A DNA stretch of 64,000 nt from Planctomycetota bacterium (GTDB taxonomy: Bacteria; Planctomycetota; B15-G4; SIAN01), in the NCBI GenBank assembly GCA_031409275.1, contig JANNXA010000027.1:64001-128000 (forward strand). Reading direction: 5' to 3'. A program made the translations under genes and the position numbers. The notes beneath the pieces are model-generated. The model was not told where the DNA came from, ran no database searches, and saw only the letters and a program-made list of their open reading frames with translations. Positions 56,670 through 64,000 of the stretch are shown here, piece after piece; position 1 is the first letter of the stretch, and each line of letters starts with the position of its first letter.

Positions 56670-57812
56670 GTGGTCCTGCGGGGAGACATCGCGATATCGA
56701 TCGATCGGGCAGCACTCGCACGCGGGCTGGGGCAGAGCCTCTGGTACGACAACATCTCGCGAGCGCTGCTGCGCGACGGCACCATCGAGCGGCTCGTGGC
56801 GGGCGGCGTGATCACGGGCATCACCACCAATCCGGCGATCTTCCAGAAGGCGCTCGAAGGGGGCGGCGATTACGACCGCGAGATCGCCGTGCTCGCCGCG
56901 CAGGGGCTTGCCGCGGAGGCGATCTACGACCGCCTCACGATCGCCGACGTGCAGTCTGCCGCCGATCTGCTGAAGCCCGTATGGGAGCGCTCGCAGGGCA
57001 AGGACGGCTACGTCTCGCTCGAAGTGCTCCCGCGCTTCGCCGCCGACGCCGCGGCGACCGTCGCCGAGGGCAAACGGCTGTTCAAGGAGTGCTCGCGCCA
57101 GAACGTGATGATCAAGGTGCCGGGCACCGCCGCGGGCGTCGAGGCGTTCCGATTGCTGACCGAGGCGGGCGTCCACGTGAACGTGACGCTGCTCTTCTCG
57201 CTCGAGCAGTACGAGGCGATCGCGCAGGCCTGGATCGCCGCGCTGCGCCACCGCATGAAGAAGGGCTTCGCGATCCACACGCTCGCCTCGGTGGCGAGCT
57301 TCTTCGTGAGCCGCGTCGACAACGCCATCGATCCGCAGCTCGATCAGAAGGCCGCCGCCGATCCGGGCGCGCGCGCCGAGCTGCTCGCCCTGCGCGGCAA
57401 GGCGGCAGTGGCCAATTGCAAGGCGGCCTACGCCCGCTTCCGCGAGCTGTTCGGCAAGGAGTTCGACGACTGCCGCGCGAAGGGCGGACGCGTGCAGCGC
57501 ATGCTGTGGGCGTCGACCAGCACGAAGAACCCCGCTTACGACGACCTGCTCTACGTCGAGAACCTCTTCGGCCCCGACACCGTCAACACGCTGCCGCCGG
57601 CGACGCTCGACGCGTTCCTGCACCATGGCGCGGCGCGCTCCGCCACCGTGCTCGAGAAGCAGGGCGACGCGCTCGAGACGCTGAAGGCGCTCGCCCATCA
57701 CGACGTCGACCTCGACGCCGTCTGCCGCAAGCTTCAGGACGACGGCGTCGCCGCCTTCGCGAAGAGCTTCGACACGCTGATCGCGGCCATCGAGAAGAAG
57801 CGCAAGGCCTGA
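56670..57812 (+). CDS. tal: Transaldolase (type II-like)
   Basis: GQSLWYDNISR, GITTNPAIF, GYVSLEV, NVMIKVPGT, NVTLLFS, SVASFFVSRVD, QRMLWASTSTKNP. Start uncertain. Confidence 0.93.
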   Translation: MVLRGDIAISIDRAALARGLGQSLWYDNISRALLRDGTIERLVAGGVITGITTNPAIFQKALEGGGDYDREIAVLAAQGLAAEAIYDRLTIADVQSAADLLKPVWERSQGKDGYVSLEVLPRFAADAAATVAEGKRLFKECSRQNVMIKVPGTAAGVEAFRLLTEAGVHVNVTLLFSLEQYEAIAQAWIAALRHRMKKGFAIHTLASVASFFVSRVDNAIDPQLDQKAAADPGARAELLALRGKAAVANCKAAYARFRELFGKEFDDCRAKGGRVQRMLWASTSTKNPAYDDLLYVENLFGPDTVNTLPPATLDAFLHHGAARSATVLEKQGDALETLKALAHHDVDLDAVCRKLQDDGVAAFAKSFDTLIAAIEKKRKA

Positions 57813-57830
57813 ACGGGCCGCGCGGGCCGC

Positions 57831-60749
<2,919 letters not shown>

Positions 60750-60777
60750 GGCGATCCGCAGCAGCGCGTGGCCCGGC

Positions 60778-61161
60778 TCAGTGCTCGTCGGCGCACTTCT
60801 TCTCGTAGGCGGCCGCGTCGAGCAGGCTGTTCCACTCGGCGTCGCTGGCGACCTTGAACTTGAGCATCCAGCCCTTGTTCCACGGATCGGCGGTGAGGCT
60901 CGCGATGTCATCGACGAGCGCCTGGTTCACCGCGCTCACCTCGCCGCCGATCGGCGCGAAGAGCTCGGAGACGGCCTTGACCGACTCGATCTCGCCGAAG
61001 CGGTCACCCTTCTTCAGCTTGGCGCCGACCGCGGGAAGCGACAGGAAGGTGAGGTCGGAGAGGTGCTCGACCGCGAACGCGGTGATGCCGACGGTCACGA
61101 CGTTGCCGTCTTTCTTGGCCCATTCGTGCGATTCGAGGTAGCGGCGATCGCTGGGAACCAT
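60778..61161 (-). CDS. gcvH: Glycine cleavage system H protein
   Basis: [20 protein letters not shown] (lipoyl-Lys), DPWNKGW. Confidence 0.96.
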   Translation of the reverse strand: MVPSDRRYLESHEWAKKDGNVVTVGITAFAVEHLSDLTFLSLPAVGAKLKKGDRFGEIESVKAVSELFAPIGGEVSAVNQALVDDIASLTADPWNKGWMLKFKVASDAEWNSLLDAAAYEKKCADEH

Positions 61162-61273
61162 GGGTGCCTGTCGACTCCAGGTTGGAGGCAGGCGCGCAGC
61201 AGCGGAGATCGCGGCGGCGAGCCGACCCGGCGGAAAAGGGCCGGGATGATAACGGCTCCTGCCAACCTCAGCG

Positions 61274-61603
61274 TCACGCCTCGCGGGTGAGCTCGCGTGC
61301 CAGAGCGTCCCAATCGATCGCGCGGAGCGCGTGGCGCTCGATCGGCGGCAGCGCGGCGAAGTGGTCGCACTCGGCCGGGTCGCGGAAGTCGCCATAGGGG
61401 AGGTGGCTGCTGCGGACCATGCGCTCGCTCTCCCCGAGGTTCGGAGCGAGCAGCGCCGCGATGGAGCCCGGGGCGACCAGGAAGATGTCGCGGGGAACCG
61501 GCGGGACGACGGCCGGGCGGGACGCGGCAGGACGACGGCGCCAGAGCGCTCGCCAGAGCCGAACGAGTCGGATGCACCAGTGACTGAAAGGGCTCGCCGT
61601 CAT
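61274..61603 (-). CDS. Small hypothetical protein (109 aa)
   Basis: MTASPFSHWCIRLVRLWRALW...GDFRDPAECDHFAALPPIERHALRAIDWDALARELTREA, with a TACGGT -10-like element shortly upstream. Confidence 0.5.
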   Translation of the reverse strand: MTASPFSHWCIRLVRLWRALWRRRPAASRPAVVPPVPRDIFLVAPGSIAALLAPNLGESERMVRSSHLPYGDFRDPAECDHFAALPPIERHALRAIDWDALARELTREA

Positions 61604-61805
61604 CGTGGGGCGCGACCGTACCACCGGCTCCCCAGCGCCACAAGCACCCGGTGAAGCTCGCGCCGGCGAGAAAGGATTGCCGACCGTCGCCACCTGCGAC
61701 TTCGGGAGCGGCGTCGATCCAAGTTGCAAGCCCGCCCGCGCCGATGACGGGGCGATGGAATCGTGCCGGCGTTGTGCCGGCAGCGTCTTCTCGTGCGCGA
61801 GCTCC

Positions 61806-64000
61806 ATGGCACTCACCGGCGACCTCGGATCGATCGACCTCGTCAACGTCTTCCAGATGCTCTTGCTGAGCCAGAAGACGGGAACGCTGGTGATCCGTTC
61901 GCGCGGGAGCCGCAGCGAGGTCTATCTCGACTCCGACAGCGTCCTCGTGCCGTTCGATCGCGACGCCTACCCGACGCGGGTCGTCAAGGCGCTCGAGCGC
62001 GCGGGCAAGCTCACCGCCGAGCAGGTGGCGCGCGCGCAGGCGAGCCTCGGAGTGGTCCAGCGCGACCTCTTCACCATCCTGCTGCAGATGCGGGCCGTCA
62101 CCTCCGAGGACTTCTCGGCCGCGTGGCGCGCCGAGATGGAAGAGGAGATCTACGAGCTGTTCGTCGATCGCGCGGCGACCTTCGAGTTCCGCGAGGGCGA
62201 AGCGCCGAGCCTGCCCGGCAAGGTGGTCGACGAACGCTACCGCCTCTCCGGAAGCGGACTGCTGATGGAGGCCGCCCGTCGAATCGACGAGTGGGGGTTC
62301 ATCCGGGAACGCGTCGCGACCGACCGCTGCATCTTCGAGGTCAGCAATGGCGCGCAGGCGCTGCCGGAGTCGGAGCGCGACAGCGACATGATGGCGGTGG
62401 TGCGCGAGCTCGACGGCACGCGCCCGGTGACCGCCGTCGTTGCCCGAACCGGCGTCAAGCGCTTCACCGTCTGCAAGAAGCTGGCGCTGCTGGTCGAGCT
62501 GCACGCCGCCTACGAAGTCGGGCGCGATGCGCTGGTCGAACGCGCGCGCCGTTGCCTGCGCGAGCAGCGCGGTGAAGAAGGGTTGGCGCTGCTCGAGCGG
62601 GCGCTCGAACTCGGCTCCGACGATCCGCAGGCGCACGAGATGGCCGCGCTCGCCCATCAGTCGCTCGGTCGGATCGGCGAAGCGTGTCGACACCTCGCGC
62701 TGGTGGCCGAAGCGCTGGAACGGGCGGGCCAGCGGCGTCAGGCGGCGGAAGTGCACCTGCGCGTCCGTGACCTGCTGCCGACCGAGGTTCGCAGCCGCGA
62801 GCGGCTCGTGCACCATTGGCTCGACGATCCCGAGTTCTTCAAGGGCACGCGCTACCGCGCCGAGGACGAGGCGGTGGAGCTCGCGGCGATCCTGCGAGAA
62901 CTCGGCCGTGCCGAACAGGCGCGCGCTCTGCTCCTCGAGCTGGCGACACCCTTCGCGAAGGACTCGCGCCTGACCGGCAAGCTCGCCGACCTCGCCGTCG
63001 AGAGCGGCGAGCCGAAGCTCGCCGTCCAGCTTCTGGTCGATGGCAGCGACGCGCTGATGAAGGCGAAGCAGCCGGCGGCCGCGGCGCGCCTGCTGCGACG
63101 CGTGCGCATGATCGAGCCGAACCACGAAGGGCTCGACTCGCGACTCGCCTCGTGCGAGCGGCATGCCGCGCTCGCGCCGCTGCGCGGTGGCCGGTTGCTG
63201 CGCATCGGCTTCGGGCTCGTGATGCTGATCGGTGGCGCCGCGGGTGTCCTGCTCTACAACCGCGAGGCGCTCGCTTCCTTCGCGCAGCTGCCGATCGAGG
63301 AGCGGGCGGTCGCCGGCGACTTCGACGGGGCCTTGCAGGAACTCGAGCGTTTCCGCGAGGACTATCGAGGCGCCCTCACCGGATGGCTGATCGACGAACG
63401 CGTCGAGGTGCTGCGCTCGCGGCGCAACAGCGCGTCGACGGCGGCCGTCGAGCGCAAGGCGCTGCTCGCCACCGAGCAGGTTCGGCGCCAGAAGGTGGCC
63501 GAACGCAGCTACGGCGAGGCGCTCGACCATCTGCGACTCGGTGATCGCGTCGCGGCGCTCGCGGCTTTCGACCGGTCGGCCGAGCATGCGACCGATCCTC
63601 GATTCATCGCCGAACGCGCACCGGCGGGCAAGGCGCGCGAGCTGCGCGCGTTGCTCGATTCGGAGCAGCAGGAGCAGATCGCCTACGCGCAGGCGCACGA
63701 GCAGCAGTCGTGGGAGCGCATGCGCGAACTCGGGATGCGGCTGTTGGCGCGCCGTGATCCGCGCAGCGAGGAGGCGCCGATCCTGCTGCCGCTGCGCCTC
63801 GTCGTCGATCCGCCCGAAGCGCAGATCACGCTGACGCCGCCGCCGCTCGATGGCCAGGTCGCCAGGAGCCCGGCGCTGCTGCTGCTGCCGGCCGGAAGCG
63901 AGACGAAGGTCGTCGTGCGCTGTGCGGGACGCTGCGAGGTCGAGCTTTCGATCGCGCCGGAGCGAGGGTTCGAGCAGATCGTGCGCCTCGACTATCTGCC
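61806..64000 (+). CDS. DUF4388 (PatA-N) domain + TPR + TM protein, truncated by the window edge
   Basis: Absent from the ORF track. Manual translation gives MALTGDLGSIDLVNVFQMLLLSQKTGTLVI...LLMEAARRIDEW, followed by TPR-like helices and a TM near 63200. Confidence 0.85.
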   Translation, partial: MALTGDLGSIDLVNVFQMLLLSQKTGTLVIRSRGSRSEVYLDSDSVLVPFDRDAYPTRVVKALERAGKLTAEQVARAQASLGVVQRDLFTILLQMRAVTSEDFSAAWRAEMEEEIYELFVDRAATFEFREGEAPSLPGKVVDERYRLSGSGLLMEAARRIDEWGFIRERVATDRCIFEVSNGAQALPESERDSDMMAVVRELDGTRPVTAVVARTGVKRFTVCKKLALLVELHAAYEVGRDALVERARRCLREQRGEEGLALLERALELGSDDPQAHEMAALAHQSLGRIGEACRHLALVAEALERAGQRRQAAEVHLRVRDLLPTEVRSRERLVHHWLDDPEFFKGTRYRAEDEAVELAAILRELGRAEQARALLLELATPFAKDSRLTGKLADLAVESGEPKLAVQLLVDGSDALMKAKQPAAAARLLRRVRMIEPNHEGLDSRLASCERHAALAPLRGGRLLRIGFGLVMLIGGAAGVLLYNREALASFAQLPIEERAVAGDFDGALQELERFREDYRGALTGWLIDERVEVLRSRRNSASTAAVERKALLATEQVRRQKVAERSYGEALDHLRLGDRVAALAAFDRSAEHATDPRFIAERAPAGKARELRALLDSEQQEQIAYAQAHEQQSWERMRELGMRLLARRDPRSEEAPILLPLRLVVDPPEAQITLTPPPLDGQVARSPALLLLPAGSETKVVVRCAGRCEVELSIAPERGFEQIVRLDYL

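Noticed and set aside
61162..61273. Glycine riboswitch upstream of gcvH
   Set aside because: The conserved GGAGA...CCGAAG...CTCTCAGG aptamer elements are not seen, and the region is too short for a tandem aptamer.

Overview
A very GC-rich (visually about 70%), gene-dense bacterial chromosomal segment. A Planctomycetota-like origin is inferred from gene content only (paired FG-GAP/ASPIC-UnbV proteins, DUF4139, DUF4388, many secreted hypothetical proteins). Most of it is housekeeping: dapE-dapC-dapD, ogt, nfo, fabI, a DEAD-box helicase, PduO, 2-oxoacid:ferredoxin oxidoreductase alpha/beta, a Rieske protein plus a cytochrome b-c fusion, a lipoate ligase, transaldolase and gcvH-gcvP. Envelope and secreted proteins are interspersed. 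I found no rRNA, tRNA, CRISPR array or prophage. The most notable items are: (i) an intact solitary integron integrase with no visible cassettes; (ii) a 1144-aa double DUF4140/DUF4139 protein whose halves are joined by a membrane anchor plus an internal signal peptide, a possible polyprotein; (iii) a 163-bp MITE-like element with terminal inverted repeats and a TGA duplication, and a structurally similar hairpin beside a 4x42-bp palindromic array; (iv) a roughly 180-nt structured leader before the DEAD-box gene; (v) a recurrent CGCTATCGTYCGC promoter-like motif; and (vi) a convergent pair of CRTAC1-like paralogs. All calls come from reading the sequence and protein motifs by eye, with no database searches.
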